The translations under genes were made by a program, and so were the position numbers. A stretch of 64,000 nt of DNA from the human T2T-CHM13v2.0 reference genome, Homo sapiens. This document shows positions 48,126 to 63,893 of the stretch, in pieces. Positions within the stretch are counted from its first letter, which is position 1, and every line of letters starts with the position of its first letter. The stretch lies in NCBI RefSeq assembly GCF_009914755.1, contig NC_060925.1, one strand, 5' to 3'. The notes beneath the pieces were generated by a model, which worked only from the letters and a program-made list of their open reading frames with translations, was not told the origin of the DNA and did no database searches.

Positions 48126-51100
48126 CTGTGATACACAGGGCCCAGCAGGGTCCCATGGCCTGGGGACTGGACAGAAGTATTGGCCTGACGTGAAGACAGA
48201 TAAGTGGGCCTACTTGAGACAGCTTTCTTCAGCAGGAATTCCCAGCCTGGACTTCCCACCTCTCACTCCTCTCTATTGAACACCATGCTCCCTGGTGTTC
48301 AACCTGTACTGCTACTTCCTCCATCAGCTCACAGCCCCTTGTCTGTGATGGGCAGAGCAGTCTATGGCTGGGCACTGAACTTGATATCTGGATGGCAGAG
48401 CCGCCCTCAGCCGTGCTTAGAGTATCATGGAAGAGCAGCAGGAGCCAAGTGTCCCCATCGTATTTGCAGCTGGACTAGACCTTAGGCACAGCACCAGATG
48501 CGCTCAGCTATGGCTGCCTCTGAGGACTAGGGCCCCTGCCCAAGCCCTGCCAGACACTGTAGTCTGAGGGTACTGGCTTCTCTCTTGAACACCAGGGCAC
48601 TGTGGGACAATATGTAGGAAGCCTTATAGTTAGGTTCGAAATGGCACATTCAATGGAGATAGTAAATGCAATAGTCCTCTAGTGATATTGTAGTACATTA
48701 TATGATCACAGATTAAAAACCAAAATTCAACTTTTCAGATGGCCCAAATGAAAACGATGCATTTTAAAGAAGCCATGCTTAAATTATCAAAGGAACATGT
48801 GGACTAAAAGAAAAGAAAATCCAAATCAGGAACAAAAAATGAAACAAAATAATAGATGTTACTTTTAAATAAAAGAAACATTTGAGAAACAAATACCTAT
48901 GTGATGTCATACACAAAACAAACACAACGCAGAAAAGCTAGGATAGGTTAAGGTATCAAAATGTATTATAGAATAGTGTTTATATCAAAAACAAAAATAG
49001 TATCAAAATATGGACATCAAAAATAAAGTAAATCTAATGGAATGACTACAAAAAAATGTAACAAAAGAACGGCCATAGAGAACCAGGAGTAATCAGGTGA
49101 AATAATAGAGGTGGTTACTTTCATAAAAAATACAGCTTCAAAGTTTGTAGGTGGTACTTTTTAACTAAAAGAGAGTTTTTAACATAGTTCCATAACATGG
49201 AGAAATTAAGTTACATTCAAGAGAAATGAGAGAGTTCTTGGGCTTACAGTGAAAAAGTTTTGGAAACAGACTTGAAAATTAAAGCATAACATTTGTACTA
49301 AACAACATGCACAATACATGCCAAGTGTAAAGAGAAATAAATTCAAAGCACATAGAAGAATGCCTTGAAAAAAAGAACTTACAATTTGATCAAAAGAAAA
49401 AGCAATGCATGTGCAATACTCACAATCTAGAGTCTCACAGAAAAAATAAAATTCAATTTACACAGTTTCTTAGTATTCTGAGACTGCAAACCCTATCCAA
49501 TTTTGACATGTCCTTTCAGCAGAATAGCTATTCAATTCCTGTTATATGTTCTCGAGACAGACCATTTAGCTGATCTGTTCTGATGCTTTAATACACAGCC
49601 TATGTGTATGAAAGAAGAGCTTGCAATCCAGTTTTAATGACAAGCTATACACGTATTTTTTAAAATGCTATGGCTGTTAAGTATGATGCTGGATATAAGT
49701 TATGTAACCAAGTTGTCATGGTCTATATTGTTAGCACGTTTGGATGCTTTTCACAGTAATAGGCACATATACGCACTGTTGGAAAATGTTCATGAAAGTG
49801 ACATGTTAATTGACATGCTAAGGTAGAATAAAAGGTAATATGTGGCTTCAGGGACATAGAGATACCCTTCTATAAGAAGGTTATATAATATGAGACTTGA
49901 GAAAGGGCAGGATTTATATAGGCAGAAAGAGGGCACTGCAAGGGATCATGGGTAGGAATTTGAATGCAAGTGATAGCTTCAGAGTTGTGACGTGTGTGGA
50001 TGTGGGTGTGTGGGTTATGAGGATGAGGAAAGGCAGACAAGGCCAGAATGAGAATGACTTTGTATAACTTAAGGAACTTTGATTTTACCCTAAAAGTAGC
50101 AGAATAACACTGAAAAAGCTTGAGTAGAAGAATAACATTAAGGAAAATTAACTGGGCAACAATATGTGGAAATTGACTGAAGGTGGGGAAATGCATAGAT
50201 AGGTCGCTTTTCTGGGGTAAGAAGAGATGAAGGACTAAACAAGGAAAACTACGAATGGGAGTGAGGAAAGGATAGACTCAGAAGACACCACAAAGAAATG
50301 TGGATCTTATCCCTTTGTACATCAGTTTTATATTTGCCCTTTCCTGTGTCTTCACACTTTTTAATTCTTTTGATTATTTGTCTTTCATATTTAAATGTTT
50401 GATTTATAAAGAAAACACAAACACCTCCTCTTAGGCTCTCCATTGATTTCAGTCTCACCTACCTTCTCTTCCTCTCACCATCCGTGACCCCATTTATCCA
50501 ATTCAATTCCTTCATCTTCTCTTCACCTCCTCAACCCACTGCAGTTTCACCACATCACTCCAACTGTGGTTGCCAGAATGAGTAAAGACCTTCTAGTTGA
50601 TAAGCCCTCAAGAATCTTTGGTCTTTAACTTTCTTACTCCTCTGTAAATTTTGTTACTATTGACCTTTTGAAATTCTCTATTTTCGTGGATTCGAAGGAA
50701 CCTCTCTTTTCTTGAATCTCCTCTTTCATCTCATCAGCCTCTTTCTCTTTTTTCCTCTCTCTTCTTCTTTTCTTCTTTTTCTTGTTTTGCTTTTCTTCTT
50801 TTATCTACTGCAAAGTGATGATTTCCTTCCTTGCCCACCTCCCAAAGTTTGGTTCAGAATTTTTTTCCTTTTTACTTAATTTGACCTTCAGTCCAATGAC
50901 TCAAATCTGTGCCTCCGCTTAGACATTTTCCCCTAGTCCACATCTATATCTCCAGCTGGACAGCTCCACATGGGTTTTCATCCTATACTTCCAAAACCAG
51001 AATAGCAAAACTGAGGTCCTCTGCTTCTCCCCACTTTTCCATATCTCTACCCTAGTCTCCTGTATGTCATACAGGTGCAATTCAAAAATGAGAAACATCC

Positions 51101-52399
51101 CTTTATCATTCTGAAATGAAAATGTAATCATAATTCAAATTAAGCCACTTCCTAGCTGGCTCAAAATTGCTTGGCTTCTATGTCTCTCAGTTTTCTTATC
51201 TACAAAATGGAAAAAAAATAATAGCACCTACCTCACAGTAGTATTGTGGAAATAGTAACTGGCACAATGTAAGCCCTAAGTAAATATTATCTATTTCACT
51301 GTTTGAAATAATCAGAGTCCCCATTGACTTAAAAAGAGAAAATGAAACTAGTTTCCTCAGTATGTTATTTAATTTTTGCTTAATTCTCAAGTTGCATTTC
51401 TCATTATTTCCTAACTTCTACTCTACCCTCTACCCTGAAAGAAAGATTCTCTAGGGGGCCGCTCTGCCCTATCCACCCCCAAGCTCATGAGTGTCTCTTC
51501 CTGTTGTTAATCATGACTTACCTTTAATAGTTTTCACTGATGCTTCAGAGTGTGTGTGGGGTGTCTCTTCTTGCTCCCTTTTCCCCAAGTCTAAGTTTAT
51601 TTTTCTCTCTGTGCTCCTGGAGAGCCACTGACTTGAGGTTTTTCACCCTACATTGCCATTGTGCACACATCTTTATCTGCCTCTCAGATAAAGGCAGCTC
51701 CTTCATGGTAGAGGATGCACTGTTGATCTGTAGGTGGTTTTGAGAGGAAGTATAACAAGACAGTGTGGACAACACAAGAGAATAAGCAGTTGGATGCACT
51801 AATTGTTCATCTAGAAATGGCTGTCAGTGGAGGTGAGCCAGCCCCACCCCTCTATGTGTGTCTGGGTAGTGGATGAGGGGGAATTCTGGAGAGGAGCGAG
51901 CAAAAGGGAATATGGTGATTTCAAGGATAAGCTAAGCTTTGTTTCAAACAATGATGTGGGGAAGGAATGGAAGCCAATTGATAGATTGTTCACAGTGGAT
52001 GAGCATGGAAAGAACTGAGGCAGTGGAAGGGACTGTCACAGGGTCACCAGTAAGTCAGAAGAGCTCATGCTGACTTGATGATAAATTTTTATATGTATAA
52101 AGTCTTCTGGAAGCAGATTCAAACAGATTGAGATGTTCGGTCTCAAGAATGAAGAATGGACATGACTGACACATGAATCAGTGATGTGTAGGAATTATAG
52201 ATCGTAACATTAGTAGCATTGACATATATCCATAGTCTTATTGAGTCACAGTATTTTTGGGTTATGGTATACATACACACCCATCTATATGTGTGTATAT
52301 ACAGTGTCACATATAATAGTGTATTATATATACACATTGTATATATTTTGATTATAAGAGTAATACAGTGTTTATTATAGAAATGTTTGCAGCCATAGG

Positions 52400-52732
52400 T
52401 GCTATTGTCTGAATGTTTCTGTTCCCCTAAATTCATATGTTAAAATCCTAATCCCCAAGGTGGTAGTGTGAGAAGATAGGGCCTTTGGGAGGTTACAAGG
52501 GATTAGTGTCCCCATTAAAGAGGCCCAAGAGAGCTTGTTTGCCCGTTTCATCATGTGAGTACTCAGTGAAAGGCACCATCTATGAAGCAGAAAGCGAGTC
52601 CTCACCAGACACCAAATATGCTTGTGCCTTGATCGTGGACTTCCCAGTCTCCAGAATCATGAGCGATACATTTCTGTTGTTTATAAGCTATTTAGTTTAT
52701 GGTATTTTAACTACCCAGATGGACCTAAGGCA
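52400..52732 (+). mobile_element. MLT1A-type MaLR solo LTR
   Basis: tgctattgtctgaatgtt...cctcaccagacaccaaat...ttgatcgtggacttccca...atttctgttgtttataagc...taaggca; flanks atagg / ataga. Confidence 0.85.
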
Positions 52733-54935
52733 ATAGAAAAGACGTAAGTCTGATTTGAAATGAGCTAAAAAGCAGAATTGGAAGAATTCGAGGCAGTTGA
52801 TACAGATGACCTCATAAGTAAGCTCAGTTTTAAAAGGGAGCAGAAACATTGTATGATAGTGGCTGTGGAACAATGGAAGAGGCAGGACCTGGGACCATGT
52901 GAGGGCTTTTGTAAGCTAGGAGATATCAAAGCCTGTTTGTGAGATGGTGGAGGTAACCCAGGAAGGAAGGATAAACTGAGGATGGGTGAGAAAGAGGACT
53001 ACTGCAGGAGTAGAGATCTTGAGTGCGAGAGAAGGATAGTGGGGTGGGTTTTCCCTGGGTAGGTGCAGGGACAGAGGCAGAGTTCATGGGCACAGATGCT
53101 GGTGGGTGAAGAGATAAGGATAATCAGAAAAGGAGGCAGTCCTCAGATTATTATTTCCTTTTCCTAACTACAAGGTACTAGGCAGCAGGGCACTGTGTTC
53201 CATCCAATTAAAATAAGTTAAATATTTAAAGCCATCCTTTGGATCCTTTGGATTTAGAAGGATGGTTCTAAAGAAAGAAGCCATGTGCACAGTTACTGAG
53301 CTCAGGGTCTTTGATCTCAGACAGCCCTCGGTGTCCTGGTCCTGCTACCTTCCTTCCAGCTGTGGGACTCTCATCAGGTGAACTGGGAGGTGTCCTGTGC
53401 AAGAGCCCAGGCTCTGGAGTTGGCTCTCAGCTCTGTCAGTAACTGATGTGTAAGTTTGGGTTAAGCACTAAGCCCTTCCTGCCTCCACACTTCTTCTGTA
53501 ACATGGAGATGATTAAATGATTCTTCTTATAGGCAGGGTGAACAATGAATGACGATACTGTAAATTTCATAGTATAATACCTGCTACATATATGTCATGG
53601 CCTGCCAAGGTTAGCAGTTAGTATTTCACTGCTCTAAGCCTTAGTTTCTCTCTGCAAAATGGAGACAGTGATACACTTTGTTAGACATGATTATTGTGAG
53701 AATAAAAATAAATTGCATGTCAAGCTCCTAACACACAGTAAACAGAGTAAAGGGGAAAAAAGAAGTGTGAGTGAGCATGAGGAATGGCTTCACTCTGCAG
53801 CCACAGAAATTGGTAACTTTCTAAGGAAGATTGGGAGAGAGAAAGTGATGTGTGATTTGGAGACAAAGTCTTAAACTTAATTTGTAAGACAAGGAAGCCA
53901 ATTAAAGCCCAACAATGTGGCCCAGGACAAGCATTTCATTTGAGATAATAAATTTAATAAAAATGGATTCATTTTCACTTCACTAAAAGTGAGGGAAGAT
54001 TTTGTGTGTGCATGGGAACATACAAGAGCAAATATCTGCAGAGGCTAACTAAACGTAATGAGATTTTGTATTGAGAAGCAACATTAATTACTGGATTATA
54101 TCATAGCATCTGAATTAGTGCACAAAGGTTAAAACTAAGTAAGCTAAATGTATTCAATTGTATAAAATACGGTGTTTTGTAGTATCACACATTAATATAT
54201 GTAAATATGTGTAAATTTATGCATAAAATATGTGCACATTAATATATGTAAATATATGTAAATTTGTAAGTATACATATATGCATAATATCATGTGTTTT
54301 GATTTCTGAATGGAATCATAAGGCTCATGACAGCAAACCTAGCTCAGTGCCTGGAACATAGTAGATGTTGAACAATAATGGATGAATGAATGAATCAAAC
54401 CCATATTTGCAGCTTGTGTAACTTACGTTGGAGATCCCTATCTTAGAAAAAAATAGCTAACATATTCTATTAGTTTCTTTATAAACAAATTTAATACAAA
54501 TTGATGCTTAATGATGGGAAGCTAGATATAATTAGAGAATATCTTATATGAGCTGATGTGTCAAATCAAAGAATTAAGGCAAGGCATTGTGAAAGGCAAG
54601 TAATGTAGGTGGAGATAGGATTGTGTCTTAGAATAAAGGAGGGTTTCTTCTAAGACACGTCTTTAAATATTACCCAAAACAATGTTGTTTCTGCTTCAAA
54701 ATGTTTGTGCTTCTTGTTAGAGAACAAGGAAGGCATGATTTAAAGCTGGAGGCAATAAAGCCTCGCACAGAGAATGCTGGTGGGGTGTTCAGAGAAGATG
54801 GAATAGTAGACTTGGCTAAGACAGTGTGCAGGTTCCTCTGTCCTCACTTCTTCCCCTTCCCCAGGCCAGCCCCTAGAGTTGAACTCCAGTGAGTTGCATG
54901 CCTACCTCCAGCACTTTCTGAGGGGAGTGTAGAGA

Positions 54936-55598
54936 AGTTGGTACTCAAAGTGTGGTCTAAGGATCAGCAGCAGCAGCATCACCTAGAAGCTTGTTGGAAA
55001 TGCAGAATCTTAGACCCTACCCTTGTAGTAAGGGTTAAAAAGAAAAAGAGACAAGTTTTCCTCTGCTTAGCAGCTCACTTCAAGGACAGTTAAAAGATAA
55101 TGCTGTCCAAAAAGCCAAGGCCAAGGGAATGGGCTCCAGACAGCACCCCCCCACACCCCTGCAAAGCAAGGTTGAGGGGAAAAAAAAGAGAGAAAGACAA
55201 ATTCCTTCACTGATACTCCTTTCCCTGGCCTCTTAAGTATGGCTGTGTTTTACAAATGTCTGTATTTCGCCAGTTCTTGTTTTTTTTTTTTTTGATGCAG
55301 CTACAAGGCCACCAGCTATGCAAGGCCACAAGTTATGCACTATATGATTAACTGCCTTTGTTTTGCTTTTGTAAGCCTGCTTATAGAAGCCCCACTCTGT
55401 CTTTGTTCAAGGCTCAGCTTTTTGAATGTGAATCCACTGAGCCGGTGTATACCTTAAAATAAATATCCTCCTGTATTCACCCATACTGAGCTCTCTGGTC
55501 CTCTGTGTCCTGCAACTCCCTAGCCCTACTGAGTCTGAATCTGCAACTAATAAGTTCTTTCAGTGACTCATGGGCACATTAAAATTTGAGAAGCACTG
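54936..55598. mobile_element. MER5A split by a solo LTR
   Basis: ctcaaagtgtggtc...cagcatcacctagaagcttgttggaaatgcagaatc | ctactgagtctgaatctgca...tttgagaagcactg. Confidence 0.8.
55024..55517 (+). mobile_element. ERV solo LTR (family uncertain)
   Basis: About 490 bp starting TG, with a TATA-like ttataga and AATAAA near 55458; ccct repeated on both sides; interrupts MER5A cleanly. Confidence 0.7.
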
Positions 55599-55599
55599 T

Positions 55600-55810
55600 C
55601 ATTGAGGTTAGAAATGTGGGCCTTAAAGCACATAGATCTTGGTTCAAATCCCCATTCCACCTTGAGCAAGCTAATTTTCTAATCTTGTTTCCTCACCTGT
55701 GTGATATAATCATAGGTACCTCATAAATACTACTATGAGAGATAAATAAGATAGTTACATATAAAGTGTTTATGTAGTGCCTACCTGTTAGTAACTGTTC
55801 AATAATTTTA
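55600..55810 (+). mobile_element. MIR remnant
   Basis: ggttcaaatccc...ccttgagcaag...gtttcctcacctgt...gtacctcata. Confidence 0.65.
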
Positions 55811-56314
55811 CCTGTTTTTTACTATTTTTTTCTCTGCTGAGCAAGAGCAGAAGAAAGTAGTGAGGAAGAAGCGTTGTTGGTGTGATCTTCCTTTTTTCTC
55901 TATTTTCTCAACCATATGCTCACTATGACAGGAAAAAAAAAAAGATTTAACTGCAGGCACGGACTTGCAAATAGGTGTAATAATCTTTCTGAGTTTCCTC
56001 CACTGCTAAATGTTACTTCTACTTATATTACTATGGATAAGTCCCTTAACCTCTTTGAGCCTTATTTTCTTCCTTCATAGTGTGGGGTTGCAACATCAGC
56101 CTATCTCATAAAAGTCGTGAAAACCAAACAAAGTGGTCCATAAGACAGTATTATGTTCATTGTTAAGAACTATTTTGTAGAAGTTAAGATGGCAGATCTC
56201 ACAAGTAGAATCATCTCAATATAAGAGACTGATAACATGAAGTGTTGATATATATCATTTATAATAATATATGGTCTAAATGACTGATAGGGCCATCCCC
56301 TGGCCCTTGGACAG

Positions 56315-56797
56315 TGTTAATGAAAAACCAGAGCCAGACCATAGTTAATGTGGAAAAATCAGGTTTTATTGAGGAACTATTACAATAGGGAGAAAGAGAC
56401 CTCAGTATAGAACTGGGATCAATTCCAAACACAACATGGACAAGTGGGGATGTATAGCCAAGGAGCCGCCTGGAGTCAGTAGATGGAAAATTCCTAAGAG
56501 GAGGCATCACGAGTAAGGGGGATTACTAGGAAACAGATCTTCTTTCGGGATTCTAGCTGCAGGCAGTCCAGGGTGAGCAGATGTCATCTGGGAGATGATG
56601 AGGAGTGAGGAGTTTGATCAGACACAGAAGGGGATAAGATACTGAGGGTTGGGAATTCTGAATAAACCGACTTAGCAGGAATCTTTTTACAACCGAGTGA
56701 TGCAGAGACGGAAACGGAAGTACCAAGGTAGGGGCCTGGTGGGAAGTAGCTTCAGAAGGGCCTGACTGAAGTTTGGTCAAGGATGGAATCTTTGTCA
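56315..56797 (-). mobile_element. MER31-type ERV1 solo LTR
   Basis: Minus strand begins TGACAAAGATTCCATCCTTGACCAAACTTCAGTCAGG, has AATAAA near its end and terminates in CA. Confidence 0.75.
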
Positions 56798-57250
56798 AAG
56801 AGCCAAGCTGGTTGCAGATGGGAAGGAGGGGAAGGTGGTCGTCTCTTCAGATACAGAAGCCTGTGCATGTAGATACCAGAAAGTCTGTTTTTCAAAAACG
56901 GTCTGAACTTACAAGGGCTCGTTTAGCATTCTGCCGTTTACCTTATCCAGTAGCAGAAAATAAGACACATCCACTTAAAGAGCAAGATAAAAATCAGACA
57001 AGTAGGCATAGAGGAGAATTTCTATGGAGGATCAGAGAAAGGAGTGATTGCCTCTGGTCATGTGTCCGCAGGGCTTCAGAGTCAAGACTTTTATGGTTGG
57101 CCCTGGGGGATAAACAGAATCTTGGGAGAGAGTTGCAATCTTTTTGGAGGAAATAGCAAGAGAGGAGAAAAACAAAACAAACAAACAAACAGAAAAGAAC
57201 AGAGGCAGCAAAGCTTGAAGCACATGAAGAAAGGGTAAAGAAGCTTCTTT

Positions 57251-57561
<311 letters not shown>

Positions 57562-57680
57562 AAGAAGCTTCTTTGGAAACTCAGTTGCACAGGATTGGAG
57601 GGAAGAATAGGTTATAAAGATAAGGAGGGATTCAATTTTGAGGGACCTTGACGGTTCAATTCTTACTTTTCCTATGATGA

Positions 57681-58004
<324 letters not shown>

Positions 58005-59169
58005 TGAATTGGGAATGGACATTATCAGGGCTGTAATATTGGAACATATATCTGGCGTCCATGAATGAGTTGGAACAAAGTGAGAATAAGTGGAGAGACT
58101 AAATCAGAGGAGATATTTCAGTGGCTTAGGAAAAATAATAAGACCCCAAGCTGGATTTGCAATACTGGAAATGTAAAGGAAAGGACAACAATTTGGGACA
58201 AGTCCCTTTCTAATAGATTCACACTGACTTTTTCATGTCAACAATAAGCCACAATATTATAAGAAAATAAAAATAATTCATCTGCTACTGGACGTTGTTC
58301 TTACCAAGTTCCATCTTTAGATATGTTTTTTATTAAAGTGGTGAGAAGTACAAATATACTAGTTACTTGTTCTATTTTTATGTTCTCGTGCAGCGAAAGA
58401 GGAAAAGGAAGAGTTCTATTCATGTGTCATACTCTGAGACTTGTGGTAGTTTGCTAATTATAAGTTCTATTGTCTTGGTCTTAAAAGGAATTCAAATGCT
58501 GAACCAAGTATAGTAAGGTCTCCCAGACCCCAGTGATTACACAGCTGCAAAATTTGTAGCCGAAATGTCATCCTGTCTTAGTATTTTTGCAGGCCAAAAG
58601 GCCAAGCAAAGTCAAGTCAAACTGTTTCTCATTTCTTACAGAAATTTGCAAGACCCAACAATAGAACTCAAGGCTGCATCAAAAACTTTAGTCTCTTCTT
58701 TGACCTCCTGGACTGTTGGCAGAGTCAGATTTTTGCATCTGTCGAATGGGAGATAATCTTACTTTCATCTATCCCTGCCTTTCTAACACAATCTATTTGA
58801 GGTCCCTAGTTTCAAGATATTTTCATAGAGCCCCAAATTAAACATATTTTGGATAACCTTATGCACATGGCTCTGGGCCAGCTCTTTCTCTTAGTATAAT
58901 TTTTTAAGCCAAGGATTGGGTGCTTTCATCTCACTTTCCCTAAGACCTTACTGTCCATCTGACTTTTCATCTCTAAAGTTAGTTCATTATCCTGGACAAT
59001 CAGTATAATATCAGTGTAATCTTGAAACACCTCCCCTGTATGGGCAGTCTTTCTAAAGGCTTCCAAAGTAATGTAAAATAAGCAATTGCTTTGACATCCA
59101 TTGCCCTTTTTGTAAAAATAAATATTAAGAAAATGCAAAGAAAAAGAACAGACATAAAAATGTTGGTGT

Positions 59170-59605
59170 TGGCAATAGCAAAGATGTGGAACTAATCCAG
59201 ATTTCCATCAATGATGGATTAGATAAATAAAACGTGGTACTTTTATACACCATGGAATACAATGCAGCCACAAAAAAGGACAAAATCATGTCCTTTGTGG
59301 CAACATAGATGTTGCTATTATCCTAAGTGAATTAATGCAGAAATAGAAACTGAGTTACTGTATGTTCTCACTTATAAGTGGGAGGTAACATTGGGTACAA
59401 ATGGGCACAAAGAAGGAAAGGATAAACACTGGAGATCCCCAAATGGGAGAGGGAAGGAAGGGGGGGAAAGGGTTGAAAAATTACCTCTGGGGTACTATGT
59501 TCATTATTTGGTTAACAGGATCATTAGACACCTAAACCTCGACATCACACAAGATACTCGTGTAATAAACTTGTACGTGTACCCCCCACCAAATCTAAAA
59601 TTGTT
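59170..59605 (+). mobile_element. Old primate L1 3' end (about L1PA16/L1PB)
   Basis: gcaatagcaaag...aaatcatgtccttt...tgttctcacttataagtgggag...gggttgaaaaattacct...gtactatgttca. Confidence 0.8.
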
Positions 59606-59632
59606 TAATAAAATATTTTTTTTTAAAAAAAA

Positions 59633-59965
<333 letters not shown>

Positions 59966-61966
59966 AATTTTGGTATTGAGGTTATAGGTGAGTTAAATGA
60001 TTTTTTAATGTTTTTACATTCTTGGTAATGAAAATATTACTTATACGAGTTAACAAATATATTATTATAAAACATGATTTTCCAACCAGTGTAATCATAC
60101 TTTGTTTTTATAGTTTCTTTGTTTTATTTCCAAAAGATATATTCCTTGAAATATGTTGGTGATTGTGCATATAAAAGAGTTCTTTTCTTCTATACCAATG
60201 GTTCTCAAAAATTTGGACTTCAAAATAGTTTAGAAAACTGACATAGAAGTATGAACCTTTGGCTTTGAAAATAAGGGTCATTAAAAAGAGCAACTAATCT
60301 TTGCTGTCAACATTTTTAAGAAAAAGAAAGGATGTTATAATGCTATACTGGTACAAGGAACTAGTCTTAGAATTTAAATAGGGTTCTTCACAAGAAAAGC
60401 CAACAGGTACATTTGCACACACATGTATATTTGTATATGTGCATACCATTTCAAATCCAGTAACATTTTATATGCTAACATTACATTGTACAAAATTATT
60501 TTGGAGACTCCTGTTTTGCAGTGGAATGTGAAGAGGAGCTGGAATACCCAAAATGTCCTAATGCTCTCTCTACATTACTGCCATTGTAAAATTGTCCAGT
60601 TTTAAGTAACCTTGTTGAGGAAAATGAAAACAATATTCTTAATACTATTTCACTCAGTTTGGAATGTTCCAGGTAATTTACCTGAAACTGAGAGAGACCA
60701 AAGAACAAAAACTGAGAGAGGCCAAAGAACAACTAAGTACTCTGCCAAAATTTTTCCCCTGCAGAGCCTGGCATTATGAAGTTGAGCTAACAAAGAAGGT
60801 TCAGCAGTTATGCGCTTTGATGACTCAACACAGAAAAGTCAGCAACTAATATGAACTCTTCCACAAGGTTGCTACAAGAACAGGCATTTGCAAAGCTTTC
60901 TTTTTTAATTGCCTTTTTATATTCTGACATTTTTCCCTCCATCGGAAATATCTTAGGCATTAAATCTCATGGCAAAACCACTTGAATACACATTTTGATC
61001 CTGTGATTTGAAGTATGGAGAGGAAAATCTTTGAACCTGAGAAAAATGTTCGCATTTATAGGTGCCCTTTATGACTTAGCAAAATTACATTAATAACATC
61101 ATCTGTTTCCAATGCCCTCACTTACTTTGTGGGCTTCATTTATCTCTTATGTAATTAGTATAACTACATCATTCTTCACGATTGTTTGGAGAGACATTAC
61201 AATTGCAAGTTTTAATTTGTTTTACTCTGACAGCTACATTGTTGTAGGATTTCTGAAAAAAAAAGTGAGAACAATGGAATATACTTTTGGGGGACTATTT
61301 TTAAGTGGTCCAGTCTGTGCCTTTCTTGTTAATTTTAATTTGAAATTTCATAATTTGCTCTTTTAATGGTTCTATCTCTCAAAGAAAGAAAAGTTCCTGA
61401 GACTGAGAGTTAAGTATCTAATAAATATGAGACTGGCTATTGAGATCTAGTCTTTTAATCTGAGTGACTGATTGACTCTTTGGGCTTCAAACAATAAAGC
61501 GAGTTTACTATCATAAAACAAATCTGTAGCTTTAAAATGGGCTTCCTCTGTTTGACTGACAATACAATTCTGATGTGTACCAAATTTAAAAATAGTTGTA
61601 TTTCTCATAATAACTAGTAGGTTGAATAGTGGGTTTGTGATGGAAAATATCCTGAGGCTTCTTTGGACTCAACTAGAAAGAATGTCAAGATTGATTTGTG
61701 ATACCTGCAAGAGGCCGAAGAGCCAAGATTTGCAACATGAGGCCAGGGAGTTGCCATGCCTAATGCAAGATAACATTTTTCAATTGCATGCTGTAACTTA
61801 GCAGTTGGTTATATTGTTCTCATTGTGCTTTCTGTAAGTGCAGACTTTACATCTTGATTATATGGTTGCCCAGAACATCTGGTATATTGGGACCCAATCA
61901 ATAATAACTGACTGATTGATTAAGGACTATGCACATTATCAAAGATTTTTAGCACCTAAAAGCTGA

Positions 61967-62425
<459 letters not shown>

Positions 62426-62747
62426 TAACAGGTATGAGTTCCAACAACTTCTGCTTTATGTTCTCTTTCTATACGTGTTCTCTGCTCCCTGTGTCTCTGG
62501 GGAGAAAGAAATTTTTCTCTTCCTCTCTAAGTTAGCCACTTCTCTGCTGTTATCTTCTTTTGGTTGGGATCTTGCCATCTCACTTGTTCCCAAGATTCCC
62601 AGTAACAGCAGTGTCTCCCTCTTGTCTGGAGGAAGGACTGGCAGATCCCTATGGATTTATATGGGTAAACTCCACTTCCCTTCACTCTGTGTCTCTCCTC
62701 CAGCCACTGTCCCATTCCTCCCCTTCACAGATGCATCCCTAGTCTCT

Positions 62748-62965
62748 AGGCCCCCTTCTCTCAAGAGAACTTTCCATGATGAAGGAAATATTCTCTGTCT
62801 GTACTAGTAAAAGCACAAGTCTGTCCAAGTAGCCACCAAGTATTTGAGGTTATTGAGCACTTGAAATGCGACTAGTGGCACTTGAAGAAGAGAAATTTTA
62901 ATTCTTTGTCTTTAATTTAAATTGGAAATAGTCACACTTGGCAAGTGCCTACCATAATGGACAAT
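62748..62965. mobile_element. MER3-like hAT element
   Basis: agaactttccatgatgaaggaaatattct...tattgagcacttgaaatgcgactagtg...tagtcacacttggcaagtgcctacc. Confidence 0.7.
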
Positions 62966-63259
62966 AAACATTCCCCTTCAGATTTCTTCAACTGAACCAC
63001 AGAAAGTTATTTAAGTGTATCTCCCCAACTCTCCAAAGGATAGTGCATAACTGGTACCATTCCAACATGTATAGAGGAGAAGTTAGCTCATTACCTACAG
63101 TGGATACCTGAGGGCATTAGGACTTTATTCTCTTTATTTCAGTAATGGAGTTTGTCCTCTCATACTCATTGAAAGAGGAAGTCCAAATATCTATCATTTG
63201 CAAAGACCATCAGTGATCTTTGTAAGTTTCTCTTTCTTAATTTCTAACTGTCTTATTCT

Positions 63260-63577
<318 letters not shown>

Positions 63578-63893
63578 TAACTCTCTTTTTTAATCAAATT
63601 GATTACTGTCCTCCAAATGTTACTTTTACTTTTCTACTTTTCAGCCTTGTATTATACGATCTCCTCAGCTTCTTACAACTTTCTTCTTCCCTACACTTAC
63701 CAAATCACTTACATTTCTTCAAGGCTCATTGTCTAGCTCTTCTGACAAGCTTCCACAGACCGTATAAGTCTAAGAAAATTGCAGTCCTTAGTCTATATAT
63801 ATTAAAAAAAATCTTATTGAACACTTACTATATTCCAGACAAGTATGAAAGATGGATAGAGTGGTTAATAGTAATGATAATAATAGATTAACA

